IMG/VR virus record: IMGVR_UViG_3300042308_001616
Location: 58,861-122,860 of that record
Source: a virus
DNA length: 64,000 nucleotides
Reading direction: 5' to 3' (one strand)
Shown one piece after another: positions 53,344 to 62,505 of this stretch. The translations under genes were made by a program, and so were the position numbers. Each line of letters begins with the position of its first letter. Positions within the stretch are counted from its first letter, which is position 1. The notes under the pieces are model-generated. The model worked only from the letters and a program-made list of their open reading frames with translations. It ran no database searches and had not been told where the DNA came from.

Positions 53344-54354
53344 TTATTTCTTTTTTCTAAGTAATGGGTTTATATTCTTTACATATCCCTTTCTCGCAGA
53401 AGGCAAGAAACCTATCATAGTAAGAAAGGTGCCTTCCCTCAGAATGTCGATTATCTCCTTTGGACGCCATTCACTACCCCATAACCCAAGTCTCTCATCA
53501 AACTCCTTACAGATGGATTTTATATAGTCTGAATTATCTTTATTCCTATCAATCGGAAGTGAAAGTGATATACAAAACTCAACATCATCCGGTACGTCTT
53601 TGATAAGATTCACATAAACGTCCGGCGCATAGAAGGTATCAACATTCCAGACAAGTTTACCCAAACCTACTTGTGTATAACTACGTGATTTTAACATTTG
53701 TGCGTTAAACTTAATTACGTGGTGTCTATTATTTTTGTAGATTATAGAGAACTCAATCTCAAAGTCATGTTCATCGAAACCCTCGAGTGTCGCAGTCACG
53801 ATGTCTCTGAACTCATAAGGATCGATGTTCCATTTATCCATCACAAACGTGGCAGGGTCAGGAAGTGAAGACTCATTCATTCCGTATTTTTTTCGGTAAT
53901 AATTTTGATAAATCTCAGTATCACCACTATATCTCAACGAGAAGAAAATATTTTCTGATAGTTCTATCACACCGGAGGAATGATAAGGAATACCAGAGTC
54001 AGATATGAAATTATTTAAATCTTTTACGAAACCATCGTAGTCATTTGGCATTTCGACCCAGAACTCGATGTTCGGCTCTATACTACTATGTCCACTTTCA
54101 CCATTCTCAATCAATGCCGACAAATTGTGCCAATACGGACCTTCTTTGAATTTTACACCGTTATATTCAAATACCCTACAAGTTTCACCATTCTGCCTAA
54201 TATAGAATACTATCTCGAACTCATGCGAGTCGTATGTCAGTGCTAGTGAGTCAATCATATCCTTCAATAAGTTGAAGTCTACCTCCCAGTATTGTTCTAT
54301 AATATCCGTCGGATTGAAACCAGTGACCGACTCAAAAGTCTTTAAATACCTCAT
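53344..54354 (-). CDS. Hypothetical protein (336 aa from MRYLKTFESV start); paralog of 52693-53340
   Basis: The track start at 54411 would run through a promoter-like motif and a terminator hairpin. The internal ATG at 54354 directly follows the CGTTATATATTAAAAC motif. Confidence 0.45.
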   Translation of the reverse strand: MRYLKTFESVTGFNPTDIIEQYWEVDFNLLKDMIDSLALTYDSHEFEIVFYIRQNGETCRVFEYNGVKFKEGPYWHNLSALIENGESGHSSIEPNIEFWVEMPNDYDGFVKDLNNFISDSGIPYHSSGVIELSENIFFSLRYSGDTEIYQNYYRKKYGMNESSLPDPATFVMDKWNIDPYEFRDIVTATLEGFDEHDFEIEFSIIYKNNRHHVIKFNAQMLKSRSYTQVGLGKLVWNVDTFYAPDVYVNLIKDVPDDVEFCISLSLPIDRNKDNSDYIKSICKEFDERLGLWGSEWRPKEIIDILREGTFLTMIGFLPSARKGYVKNINPLLRKKK

Positions 54355-54372
54355 ATCGTTATATATTAAAAC
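54355..54372 (-). promoter_or_regulatory. Promoter-like motif (minus strand reads GTTTTAATATATAACGAT) upstream of 53344-54354
   Basis: Lies directly between a terminator hairpin and the ATG. Confidence 0.4.
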
Positions 54373-54410
54373 AAAAAACCCGTCTTTGAGACGGGTTTTT
54401 AAATTTTTCA
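54372..54410. terminator. Rho-independent terminator (AAAACCCGTC-TTTGAG-ACGGGTTTT plus T-run)
   Basis: Nearly the same hairpin sequence recurs at 61999-62023. Confidence 0.6.
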
Positions 54411-54414
54411 AATA

Positions 54415-55050
54415 TTATAAAGGTAATTCTTCTTCACCTTCTTCGTTTTCTTCTTCGTTTTCTTCTTCGTTTTCTTCTTCACCCTCTTGTGCTTGACCTT
54501 GTGGTTGAACTTGAGTTTGAACTTGAGTTTGGGCTGGTTGTGCTTGTGCAGGTTGTCCTTGTGCATTAGGCTCTTCAAACTCTCCACCTTCAGGTACTTG
54601 TGCTTGACCTTCTGGTTGAACTTGAGTTTGAACCGGTTCTTGTGCTTGTGTAGGTTGTGCCTTAACCTGTGCTTGGCCTTCAGATCCTTCTTCAGTAGAT
54701 GCAGGAGTTTGTGCTTGTGCAGGTTGTCCCTGTGCCTGTGCTTGACCCATTAATGCACCACCTGGTATTTTATCTAAATCCAGACCTGTTGTAGTGATGT
54801 ATTGTAAAAGTTGCTCAGCAATCTCTACATCTCCAAAAAACTGGCGAAGATTCTTACCGGTTGTGTCCTTTACTTTCTTAACGTAAGAGTTTATCAATGA
54901 TTGTGGAATGTCCACCATAGACCTTACCTTATAAACGTCACCTACCTGCAAAACGGATTCTTTAATCGCCTCATCGAAAGCAGAAGGATCAACTGAAGAA
55001 AACTTACTCTTAATGTTTCTGTAAGAGTCATACGTTCTGATGTGTTTCAT
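54415..55050 (-). CDS. Hypothetical protein with long Q/A/E/P-rich low-complexity C-terminus (AQGQPAQAQ repeats, EENEEENEEENEE tail)
   Basis: Globular N-terminal ~100 aa, then degenerate repeats. A GGEFEE motif resembles the portal C-terminus GGAEFEF. Confidence 0.45.
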   Translation of the reverse strand: MKHIRTYDSYRNIKSKFSSVDPSAFDEAIKESVLQVGDVYKVRSMVDIPQSLINSYVKKVKDTTGKNLRQFFGDVEIAEQLLQYITTTGLDLDKIPGGALMGQAQAQGQPAQAQTPASTEEGSEGQAQVKAQPTQAQEPVQTQVQPEGQAQVPEGGEFEEPNAQGQPAQAQPAQTQVQTQVQPQGQAQEGEEENEEENEEENEEGEEELPL

Positions 55051-55112
55051 TTGTTTAATATTTTTTTATAGGTTATATATTATTCCGGAAAACCGCCTTT
55101 TATCCTTTTCTT

Positions 55113-55595
55113 TTAAATGGCGAATAATACGAGACATACACCTGCGGCAAATCCAGATAATCCGAACCACCACTTTTTATGTTTCTCTTTTTCCAAATTA
55201 TTAGACAATTTTGAGTTATCAACAACAACTCGTCTTATCTTATCTTCCTGGTAAACATCAACCTTTTTATATGTATCAATCTGTGCCTCCCTTATAGAAA
55301 CCATTTCGTCCTTAGTGTTTATTATCTCTTCCTGTTTCTTTATTATACTATCACATATAGACAATTTTCTTTCGAAATCCAGATTTTTCTTCTCGAGAGA
55401 TAATACTAACGTATCACACTCGGATTTCCTCATCTCATAAAGTTCATTTATTTGAAGTGTTTTGTAAAAATATTCCATATGTTTCCTATTCAAAAAGAAT
55501 CCTTTCTGACCATTGTCTGTAATTGGTCTTGGAGATTCCTGTGATTGACAAAAAAACGTAATTAGAATAGAAAGCAATAGTATAAACTTCTTCAT
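55113..55595 (-). CDS. Membrane-associated coiled-coil protein (signal peptide/TM at N-terminus, TM at C-terminus); possible lysis/spanin-like component
   Basis: MKKFILLLSILITFFCQS N-terminus; C-terminal WWFGLSGFAAGVCLVLFAI. Confidence 0.35.
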   Translation of the reverse strand: MKKFILLLSILITFFCQSQESPRPITDNGQKGFFLNRKHMEYFYKTLQINELYEMRKSECDTLVLSLEKKNLDFERKLSICDSIIKKQEEIINTKDEMVSIREAQIDTYKKVDVYQEDKIRRVVVDNSKLSNNLEKEKHKKWWFGLSGFAAGVCLVLFAI

Positions 55596-55596
55596 A

Positions 55597-56001
55597 TCAT
55601 TTTGGTAATTTTAATCTGACTGCATCAGACAAATCTTCGTCAGACATATCTACTTTAGATTTCTTCAATTTGGCAATCATACGATCATTTTCAGCAAGCC
55701 TAAGCTTTGATTTCCTTATAATCTCATCCTTTTTCCTCATCTCTTCGGTCATACGTGATAACTCAGAATTCAACGATAAAACTTCTTCCGATAATTTGTC
55801 AGAATGTACAGAAATAGAGTCAAACCGTGCATTCATATTACCACATACAATCATCAAAGAGTCTATCTTCTTATGTGTATCATCATAAATAACCTTTGGT
55901 GGAGTGTTACAACTCTTTATATTTAGTAAAACCGATATAACGAAAGCGACCAAAATCAAAAAATAGATATAAGATTTGTCTATTTTCATAAAACTGTTCA
56001 A
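55597..56001 (-). CDS. Membrane-anchored coiled-coil protein (N-terminal TM); possible spanin-like partner
   Basis: YIYFLILVAFVISVLLNIKSC followed by a heptad-rich region; adjacent to the previous gene. Confidence 0.35.
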   Translation of the reverse strand: MNSFMKIDKSYIYFLILVAFVISVLLNIKSCNTPPKVIYDDTHKKIDSLMIVCGNMNARFDSISVHSDKLSEEVLSLNSELSRMTEEMRKKDEIIRKSKLRLAENDRMIAKLKKSKVDMSDEDLSDAVRLKLPK

Positions 56002-56052
56002 TTTTTAGTTATATATAATTCGTATATTTGTACATATAAAATAAAAGCAATA

Positions 56053-56589
56053 ATGACAAAAAAATTAGTCTGCTTCGACTTCGACGACACGTTGTTCCAT
56101 ACACCTAGTCCAGAAGAAGGAAAAAATATTTGGCAAGAAGCCACAGGTAAGGAATGGCCATACATAGGATGGTGGGGTAAACACGAAACACTCGACACCG
56201 ACATATTCGAAATACCAATGAACGAATGGGTAAAGGAAAAGTATTTCGAACACGTAGAGGATCCAGAAACAAAAGTAATTGTGGCAACCGGAAGGTTGAA
56301 TAAAGTAAAGGGTATGAGAGAGAATATTGACAAAATATTCGAAAAGAATGATTTAACATTCCACGAAGTTCACCTAAACTGGGGAGGAGATACACTTGAC
56401 TTCAAAAAGAAACTTTTTGGACAGAAATTAGACGAACAAAAATACGATGAATTCATAATGTTTGATGATCGACAGGAACACCTACCTCATTTTGAAGAGT
56501 GGGCAGAGATAGAAGCAATCAACAGAAATATGAATATAACCGTCGTGGACGTAGTTAACAAAACATTAAAAACATTCAATCCATATTAG
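56053..56589 (+). CDS. HAD-superfamily phosphatase
   Basis: Motif I LVCFDFDDTLF (DxDxT) at the N-terminus; FDDRQEH later (motif IV-like acidic pair). Confidence 0.6.
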   Translation: MTKKLVCFDFDDTLFHTPSPEEGKNIWQEATGKEWPYIGWWGKHETLDTDIFEIPMNEWVKEKYFEHVEDPETKVIVATGRLNKVKGMRENIDKIFEKNDLTFHEVHLNWGGDTLDFKKKLFGQKLDEQKYDEFIMFDDRQEHLPHFEEWAEIEAINRNMNITVVDVVNKTLKTFNPY

Positions 56590-56618
56590 AGTTGATGACA
56601 TAAGGGAGTTTGACTTAG

Positions 56619-56637
56619 TTTATATATAAAATAAATC
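56619..56637 (+). promoter_or_regulatory. Promoter-like motif GTTTATATATAAAATAAAT upstream of the second homing endonuclease
   Basis: Almost identical to the motif at 46911-46925 (TTTTATATATAAAATAAA). Confidence 0.4.
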
Positions 56638-56651
56638 AATTAAACAAACTT

Positions 56652-57548
56652 ATGTCAAAAAGAAAAACTTTAAAAGAGTGGCAAGAAGAAAGTAATATAA
56701 TACACAAAAACGAGTTCGTTATATTAGAAGAACCAAAAAGTGGCTCACATAATGTACCCATACTACACAAAAAATGTGGCAACATAATAAGTATGAAGTT
56801 GAACAATCACACAAAAAGATATTGTACCTTTTGTTCAGGTAAAAACAAAAAAAGTTTGGAGCAATACCAAGAAAAAAGTAACTTTATACACAATGGTGAA
56901 TATCGTATTTTAGAAAATCCGATAAACGTTAAGAATAAAGTCAAAATATTACACAACAAATGTGGTGGTATATTTGAAATAACTATGAATAACCATATCA
57001 ACCATAAACAAAAATGTAGACTATGCGGAACTAACTCCCGTAAGTCTAATGATTATTGGTTAGAGAGAAGTAGAGAAATATGGGGAACCGATTACACAAT
57101 ATTGGATTATATAGAAACTGTTCACCATAAAGTAGAAATACTTCACAATATATGTGGAAGGAAACATAAAAAAAATATGAATTCATTCATACACGGTGAA
57201 AGAGGATGTCCATTTTGCACAAAGGATTTAAAATATTCGGAAAAGTATATAACAGATTACTTAACTAACAAATCAATAAGATTTGAAACCGAAAAAACCT
57301 TTGACGACTTAATTAATCCAAAGACTGGTAGAAAACTTAGATATGATTTTTATCTACCAGATTTAAATATAATTATAGAAACACACGGTGTACAACATTA
57401 CAAACCAATAGAACATTGGCACGGTGAGAAAGGATACGAAGAACAGGTATATCGAGATAGAATAAAAGAAGAATATCTCAAAGAAAAAGAAATAAAATAC
57501 ATAGTACTAAACAACAAAGAGTTAACTAAAATAAAGGAAATAGTATGA
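56652..57548 (+). CDS. Putative homing endonuclease: three Cys/His zinc-finger-like modules plus Vsr-like PD-(D/E)xK nuclease domain
   Basis: Three repeats of ILHxKCG.I......NHxxxxxxCxxC. C-terminal RYDFYLPDLNIIIETHGVQHY resembles the IDIYLPDLGIGFEFNGLYWH nuclease motif of the 34492-36642 endonuclease. Confidence 0.5.
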   Translation: MSKRKTLKEWQEESNIIHKNEFVILEEPKSGSHNVPILHKKCGNIISMKLNNHTKRYCTFCSGKNKKSLEQYQEKSNFIHNGEYRILENPINVKNKVKILHNKCGGIFEITMNNHINHKQKCRLCGTNSRKSNDYWLERSREIWGTDYTILDYIETVHHKVEILHNICGRKHKKNMNSFIHGERGCPFCTKDLKYSEKYITDYLTNKSIRFETEKTFDDLINPKTGRKLRYDFYLPDLNIIIETHGVQHYKPIEHWHGEKGYEEQVYRDRIKEEYLKEKEIKYIVLNNKELTKIKEIV

Positions 57549-57826
57549 GTACAAAAATTAAAGAACAAGTAGAGTCTAAGGTAGAAGAGATTTTATCAAA
57601 ACCTTATGTGTTGATTTTAGAAAATGATGATTATAATAGTTTCGATTGGGTAATCACATGTCTAATGAAGGTTTGTAAACATGAGTACGAACAAGCCAAC
57701 CAATGTGCACACATAGTACATTTCAAAGGTAGATGTGATGTAAAATACGGAGACTATGATTTAATTTCAGAAATGAAAGATAAACTAAAAGGTGCTGGTC
57801 TTTCCGTAACTATGGAGGCAAACTAA
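57545..57826 (+). CDS. clpS: ClpS-like ATP-dependent Clp protease adaptor protein
   Basis: PYVLILENDDYNSFDWVITCLMKVCKHEYEQANQCAHIVHFKGRC matches the ClpS core (Y.V.L.NDD.T.M.FV..VL...F......A....L.VH..G). Size 93 aa. Confidence 0.75.
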   Translation: MSTKIKEQVESKVEEILSKPYVLILENDDYNSFDWVITCLMKVCKHEYEQANQCAHIVHFKGRCDVKYGDYDLISEMKDKLKGAGLSVTMEAN

Positions 57827-57829
57827 TGT

Positions 57830-58060
57830 GTATATAGAAAAGGGATAACGACTATGTCGACTACGAAGTAATCGGTGCCGGAAACCTACGTATAAGTAAT
57901 TCATGCACCTGGCAGTGTGGTGGAAAAAAAGGGTTCAGTATCGGAGCAGAATGGGCAAACACGGTTACGCAGGAGGTGTAATTTCGAACGAGGACGCAAT
58001 CAAACTAGCGAGACATATACTTAGGACTGTAAATTTAGGTGAACTGATACCGGACGAAGA
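57830..58060. other. ~230-nt GC-richer noncoding region between clpS-like and terminase genes; candidate small RNA or regulatory region
   Basis: No ORF. Contains several hairpins, including GGACGAAGA-TTAG-TTCTTCGTCC overlapping the terminase stop. Confidence 0.2.
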
Positions 58061-60205
58061 TTAGTTCTTCGTCCCAAACCAGTTTATATTACTATCGTTA
58101 TTCCAAATATTTCCTTTGGATTTTTTCATCTTTCGTGCACGTAAAACCTGACCATAATCAAGTCCTTCAACAAAGTCAACCTTTTTTAATTCGCGTTCAA
58201 CATAGTCCATAAAGTCTTTTGGTGAATTGTTTCGTCCCCAATCCTCAACCATTTCTCGGAACTCGTGTTTTTTGAAAATAGTACTAGAGTTAACCAAAGT
58301 CATAACCGTATCATCATGACCAACATCTGCGGCATATCTTACGTTACCGGCCACCGTTGTGTGTTTAACGAAAGTCGTTATCTCTCTTATATTGTCTTCG
58401 TTTGTAATAAGGAATGACTTTGAGTACATCAAATCTTGATAGTCTTTAACCATCATATTTTTATTTTCTCCAACTTTCAAACCTATCCTTTCTTCGGTTG
58501 CATCTGCACGATGTTTATAACGGATAAAAACGGATGATCCATAGTTGTTATTACCATCGAATACGTGTGGCATCTCTGCAAGTAAAGCATTACCATAGTT
58601 ATTCAACTCAAGAACTATCTTGACGTTTTCGGGATTGAAGTATTCAAAAGTCAATAAGTAAAGAAGTTCCGAAAGTTGTTTAACGGAAACTAAGTTACTA
58701 CGGAATATTGCTATCTGTTCGAGTCTGAAGAAATCCACAACTGAAGTATATTTGTGTTTTTGGTCCTCTATTAGAGACACCGGTTTCTCAGAAATACGGA
58801 ATATATTAATTACAGAATAATCCTGTCCGAGTCCCTCCGAAATATCGACAGACATAACTATCCTGTAATCTTTTCGTTTTATTGGAATGAATCTTTCATC
58901 ATCATCAGTCCATTTTAGTCCCTCGTAAGAAAACTTTAGTCGTGTAAGTTCATCAAGTTCTTGATATTCAAAATTCTTCTTACCCTTTAACAAATCTTCA
59001 ATTATCGATTCATTTAACAAAGACTTACTAGAGTTGATAAACCTTAGACCATATTCCTGGTTGAATGCATCTTCACCACCAATATCCTTCACCGCCTCAT
59101 CTTTCCAAGTTGTCACCTCCGCAACCGAAAGTATAGAAACCTCGTTACCCTTAACATCGATAAATGTAAGTGACTTAACCATCTCATCAGAACACTTATC
59201 GTTGTTGAAAACGTGTATAACGTCTTTCTGTTGGTCCATATTGAACTCCATTTTGAGTTTTGTTAATTCTCCAAATGCAGAAACACAACTATTATAAATA
59301 TCGTCTTTTGTAACTCCGTGATGGAAAAGACGACCATTGTTCAACCTTATATAAGTAACGAACCTACCCGGAACCTGATACCAATAGACCCTCATAGGTT
59401 TGTAGTTGTTTTTGAGTGGATCACCGTCAGGTCTTTCTGCATCAATTAACAACTTATGAAAAAGGTTCATACCATTCGGTGTAGATGTTATAATTATCTT
59501 TGAATTCTGAACCGCAGAAACGGTCGGGAATGCGGCAGTATAGTATGGCTCTATAATATTCGACGGAATGTGTGCAAACTCATCAAGATAAAGAACGTCA
59601 ATGGTAAAACCAATTGCAGGTGTTTTTGACCTAGCAGACGTTTTTATTCTACAACCATTATCGAAGGTGAGTGACTTCTGATTCCAAGTCTTTATACCTG
59701 GTTTTAGAAAGAATGGTAGAAGTGAATAAATTGACTTCACTTTATCAACTATCTCAATCGCAGTGTCTCCCTTATTCGCCACTATCATACAGTTCTTATC
59801 GTTGTTGAAAAGTATTGTATGTAATATGAATATTGCAGAAGATACCGTTTTTCCAACCTGCCGCGACGCCATTAATATATTGAACCGGTTGTTCATAAAG
59901 TTATCGAGAATCTCACTCTGGTAGTCCCTAAGAAGTATAGAACCTACGGATCCATCCTCTCTTTTAGTCTTACAATACTTTTCGGTGAAATAATGTATAT
60001 CAACCGCACAACGTATGTATTCCTGTTGTTCTTCCGGAGAAAGTCGGAAAACTACACCAGACCTCTTCAAACCAACCTCACTCTTTAACCAAGGATTCTG
60101 GAACTTCTTAACTTGTATACCGTCGTTTATTTGATTTGTAGCTTCTTCCACCAATCGGGTGGTAAAAACCATCTGTCTAACATCTTCTTTCTTTTTCTCC
60201 GCCAT
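58061..60205 (-). CDS. Terminase large subunit, T4 gp17-like
   Basis: Walker A ILMASRQVGKT (T4 gp17 SRQLGKT), Walker B LYLDEFAHI, C-terminal nuclease region. 714 aa. Confidence 0.9.
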   Translation of the reverse strand: MAEKKKEDVRQMVFTTRLVEEATNQINDGIQVKKFQNPWLKSEVGLKRSGVVFRLSPEEQQEYIRCAVDIHYFTEKYCKTKREDGSVGSILLRDYQSEILDNFMNNRFNILMASRQVGKTVSSAIFILHTILFNNDKNCMIVANKGDTAIEIVDKVKSIYSLLPFFLKPGIKTWNQKSLTFDNGCRIKTSARSKTPAIGFTIDVLYLDEFAHIPSNIIEPYYTAAFPTVSAVQNSKIIITSTPNGMNLFHKLLIDAERPDGDPLKNNYKPMRVYWYQVPGRFVTYIRLNNGRLFHHGVTKDDIYNSCVSAFGELTKLKMEFNMDQQKDVIHVFNNDKCSDEMVKSLTFIDVKGNEVSILSVAEVTTWKDEAVKDIGGEDAFNQEYGLRFINSSKSLLNESIIEDLLKGKKNFEYQELDELTRLKFSYEGLKWTDDDERFIPIKRKDYRIVMSVDISEGLGQDYSVINIFRISEKPVSLIEDQKHKYTSVVDFFRLEQIAIFRSNLVSVKQLSELLYLLTFEYFNPENVKIVLELNNYGNALLAEMPHVFDGNNNYGSSVFIRYKHRADATEERIGLKVGENKNMMVKDYQDLMYSKSFLITNEDNIREITTFVKHTTVAGNVRYAADVGHDDTVMTLVNSSTIFKKHEFREMVEDWGRNNSPKDFMDYVERELKKVDFVEGLDYGQVLRARKMKKSKGNIWNNDSNINWFGTKN

Positions 60206-60221
60206 ATTGGGAAGCCAATTT

Positions 60222-60235
60222 CCTTATATATAAGG
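60222..60235. promoter_or_regulatory. Palindromic promoter-like motif CCTTATATATAAGG in the divergent region between terminase (-) and 60253 (+)
   Basis: Member of the AATATATAA motif family, placed ~15-20 nt from both start codons. Confidence 0.4.
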
Positions 60236-60252
60236 AAAAACAACTCCTACTA

Positions 60253-60882
60253 ATGTCGAAGCAAGATAAAGAAAGGAATAGAATACAGGACGAATTCGAC
60301 CAGATACAATCGGAGGGCGGTGAATATGACTTCTCAATGCACCTAGCAAGACCCGAGGATCTTCCCGATTTGGGAGAGATTGAAATTTATGACTATGATT
60401 CTGATCTCACGGTATCATCACAACAATCAATGCAGGTACTAGAATCACTGGTAGATTTATACTTAGGTGATGTGCCTAAACTCAAAGAACATCCGTACAT
60501 ACAGAACAAAATGAAAGAAGATGCTATGGTTTATGCCGAAGCAATATTTCTCACCAAAATGACAAGAAAAAACTTTCTTACACAAATGAGACAGGTTGAT
60601 AATGGTGATAGTTCTGCCAGGATGCATGAAGTTGTAAACCAGACAATTGGTCAGATAAGGGAAAATGCAAAATTTCTTTCAGGACAAAAGACTAAATTGG
60701 AAGAATTTTGGAAGAACCTGAGAAGGGATATGGGTTATGACGAGATGGCAACAAATACACCAATGATACAGGAAGATAAAGAAGATTCTAATGATGGTCA
60801 AATTATGAATAGTCGTGATATGAACGAATGGATAAAGGCAGCCATGATGAAAAAAGAAGAAGACAGAGGTAAAAAAGAGTAA
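60253..60882 (+). CDS. Hypothetical protein (209 aa)
   Basis: ORF only. Confidence 0.45.
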   Translation: MSKQDKERNRIQDEFDQIQSEGGEYDFSMHLARPEDLPDLGEIEIYDYDSDLTVSSQQSMQVLESLVDLYLGDVPKLKEHPYIQNKMKEDAMVYAEAIFLTKMTRKNFLTQMRQVDNGDSSARMHEVVNQTIGQIRENAKFLSGQKTKLEEFWKNLRRDMGYDEMATNTPMIQEDKEDSNDGQIMNSRDMNEWIKAAMMKKEEDRGKKE

Positions 60883-60883
60883 T

Positions 60884-61738
60884 CTATTTACGAATCCTTC
60901 CATAAGACTCAAACGACTTAACTAAATTAGCATATTCGAGTTTCACCTTCTTTGTTGAAAAAAGTTTCATTTTATTAGGAGTAACTATATTTATAATCAA
61001 CTCCGGCATCGAAGACTTTATTGTTTCTCGTATTGTGTCCTTTTGTGAGCTCTGACTATTTGCCAACATTGTTTGAAGAGCTTTACCTATAGAATCTACC
61101 ATAGCAACTGATCTTTGGTCTTCATCATAGAAGTGAATCTGTTCATATCTAGTTATCTCTTGTGTGTCAAAAACATCACCATCTGCCTTTACACCAACTA
61201 GATGTTGTAGTAAAAGTCTGCATTTGTCCCATGCCACGTCGTCATCATTACTCTCATAGAAACTTTCTGAAACGTAGTAGTAATTTTTTATACGAATACC
61301 AATCTCTTCTAACTTATCCTCAACCTTTTCTATCATTCTTTCGTAGTTAGATTTGGTATTTTTCGAACATATAAAGTATACATCATCTGGCGAATTTTTA
61401 AGATGTCTAAGAACATCTTCATTTATTCTGTGATTTGATGCTCTGATAAGGTCCTCGTCCATAAACTCTCTAAGTGAGAATGCTAAGTTTGATGAGTTGG
61501 CACGATTCCTTTTACAACCAACGTTAACTTCTGACATTAGTTTATCCGAAAGCCAATAATCACTACCGGCAAACGGTACTCTGTTACCATGTGATTTAAA
61601 AACACCGGATCTAACAAGGTTGAAATCGGATTGACTTATTCTATGAACTGGAAGTGATGGACGTGATTTATCGATTATCCAAACTTTGGCATCACTAATT
61701 ATCACAGTGTCCAAATCAAAAAAGTGTGCTGCACCCAT
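60884..61738 (-). CDS. Hypothetical protein (284 aa)
   Basis: ORF. N-terminal FFDLDTVII gives a weak HAD-like hint only. Confidence 0.45.
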   Translation of the reverse strand: MGAAHFFDLDTVIISDAKVWIIDKSRPSLPVHRISQSDFNLVRSGVFKSHGNRVPFAGSDYWLSDKLMSEVNVGCKRNRANSSNLAFSLREFMDEDLIRASNHRINEDVLRHLKNSPDDVYFICSKNTKSNYERMIEKVEDKLEEIGIRIKNYYYVSESFYESNDDDVAWDKCRLLLQHLVGVKADGDVFDTQEITRYEQIHFYDEDQRSVAMVDSIGKALQTMLANSQSSQKDTIRETIKSSMPELIINIVTPNKMKLFSTKKVKLEYANLVKSFESYGRIRK

Positions 61739-61965
61739 TAATAGTATTTGTTTATTTTATATCTGAACTCATGTGGCGTTCCGTCCCACCTTTCACCTTC
61801 ATATGTTTTTTCCTCCCAGTTAACACTACCTTCTTGCATTCTACAACCAGGACAAAAGTTTGGCCAAACCTCAACATCATCAACAATTTTTATATCAGCT
61901 TTATTCACGACAAAGGTTGCCTTACAATATGGCTTACCACAAACTGAATTTCCTAAGTTCTCCAT
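61738..61965 (-). CDS. Small zinc-ribbon protein (CxxC...CxxC, 75 aa)
   Basis: VCGKPYC ... FCPGC. Confidence 0.4.
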   Translation of the reverse strand: MENLGNSVCGKPYCKATFVVNKADIKIVDDVEVWPNFCPGCRMQEGSVNWEEKTYEGERWDGTPHEFRYKINKYY

Positions 61966-61997
61966 ATTCTAAATTCCATTTGTGTTATATATTAAAC

Positions 61998-62033
61998 ACA
62001 AAACCCGTCTTTCGACGGGTTTGTTTTTTTTTA
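61998..62033. terminator. Rho-independent terminator (AAAACCCGTC-TTTCG-ACGGGTTTG plus T9)
   Basis: Same hairpin family as the one at 54375. Confidence 0.6.
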
Positions 62034-62040
62034 TCATTTA

Positions 62041-62487
62041 TCACTTTATGAAGTCTTTACTAAGTGCAAACTCGTAGAGTGTCGGTAGTGAGAGGTGTTG
62101 AACAAATCCATCTCTTATATCACGAAGAGTTTTATTACGTGATACAATGTTGAAAATTAGTTCACCAAACTCCTGTTGGAATTCTAAATAACAATCACAC
62201 CATGGTCTGTTGTAGTTCTCTAAAGTTCTCCACTCGGTATATCCACCAGTGAGCCAGAATAATGCTCTATCAGGTTCTATCTCATTGGCATAATATCTTA
62301 TGTCCCATACCGGATCATTCCAATCCACTTTTCTCATCATTAATGCAACTGCCTCTGCAACATCTTTGGTCATGTCATTACCAATCTCGAAAAAATAAAT
62401 GTTCTCTTCTTTGCTAACTCTCATAATCCCACCGACGTAGAGGTCGCAATTACCTCTGGCCTGCAGGGCCACCTTCTTTCTCTTCAT
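62041..62487 (-). CDS. Hypothetical protein (148 aa)
   Basis: ORF only. Confidence 0.45.
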   Translation of the reverse strand: MKRKKVALQARGNCDLYVGGIMRVSKEENIYFFEIGNDMTKDVAEAVALMMRKVDWNDPVWDIRYYANEIEPDRALFWLTGGYTEWRTLENYNRPWCDCYLEFQQEFGELIFNIVSRNKTLRDIRDGFVQHLSLPTLYEFALSKDFIK

Positions 62488-62505
62488 AATATAAAGATTA
62501 TTTTT

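Noticed and set aside
58052-58075. Hairpin GGACGAAGA-TTAG-TTCTTCGTCC as intrinsic terminator of the terminase gene
   Set aside because: It overlaps the terminase stop codon and is not followed by a U-run on either strand. It may still be an RNA-stability element.
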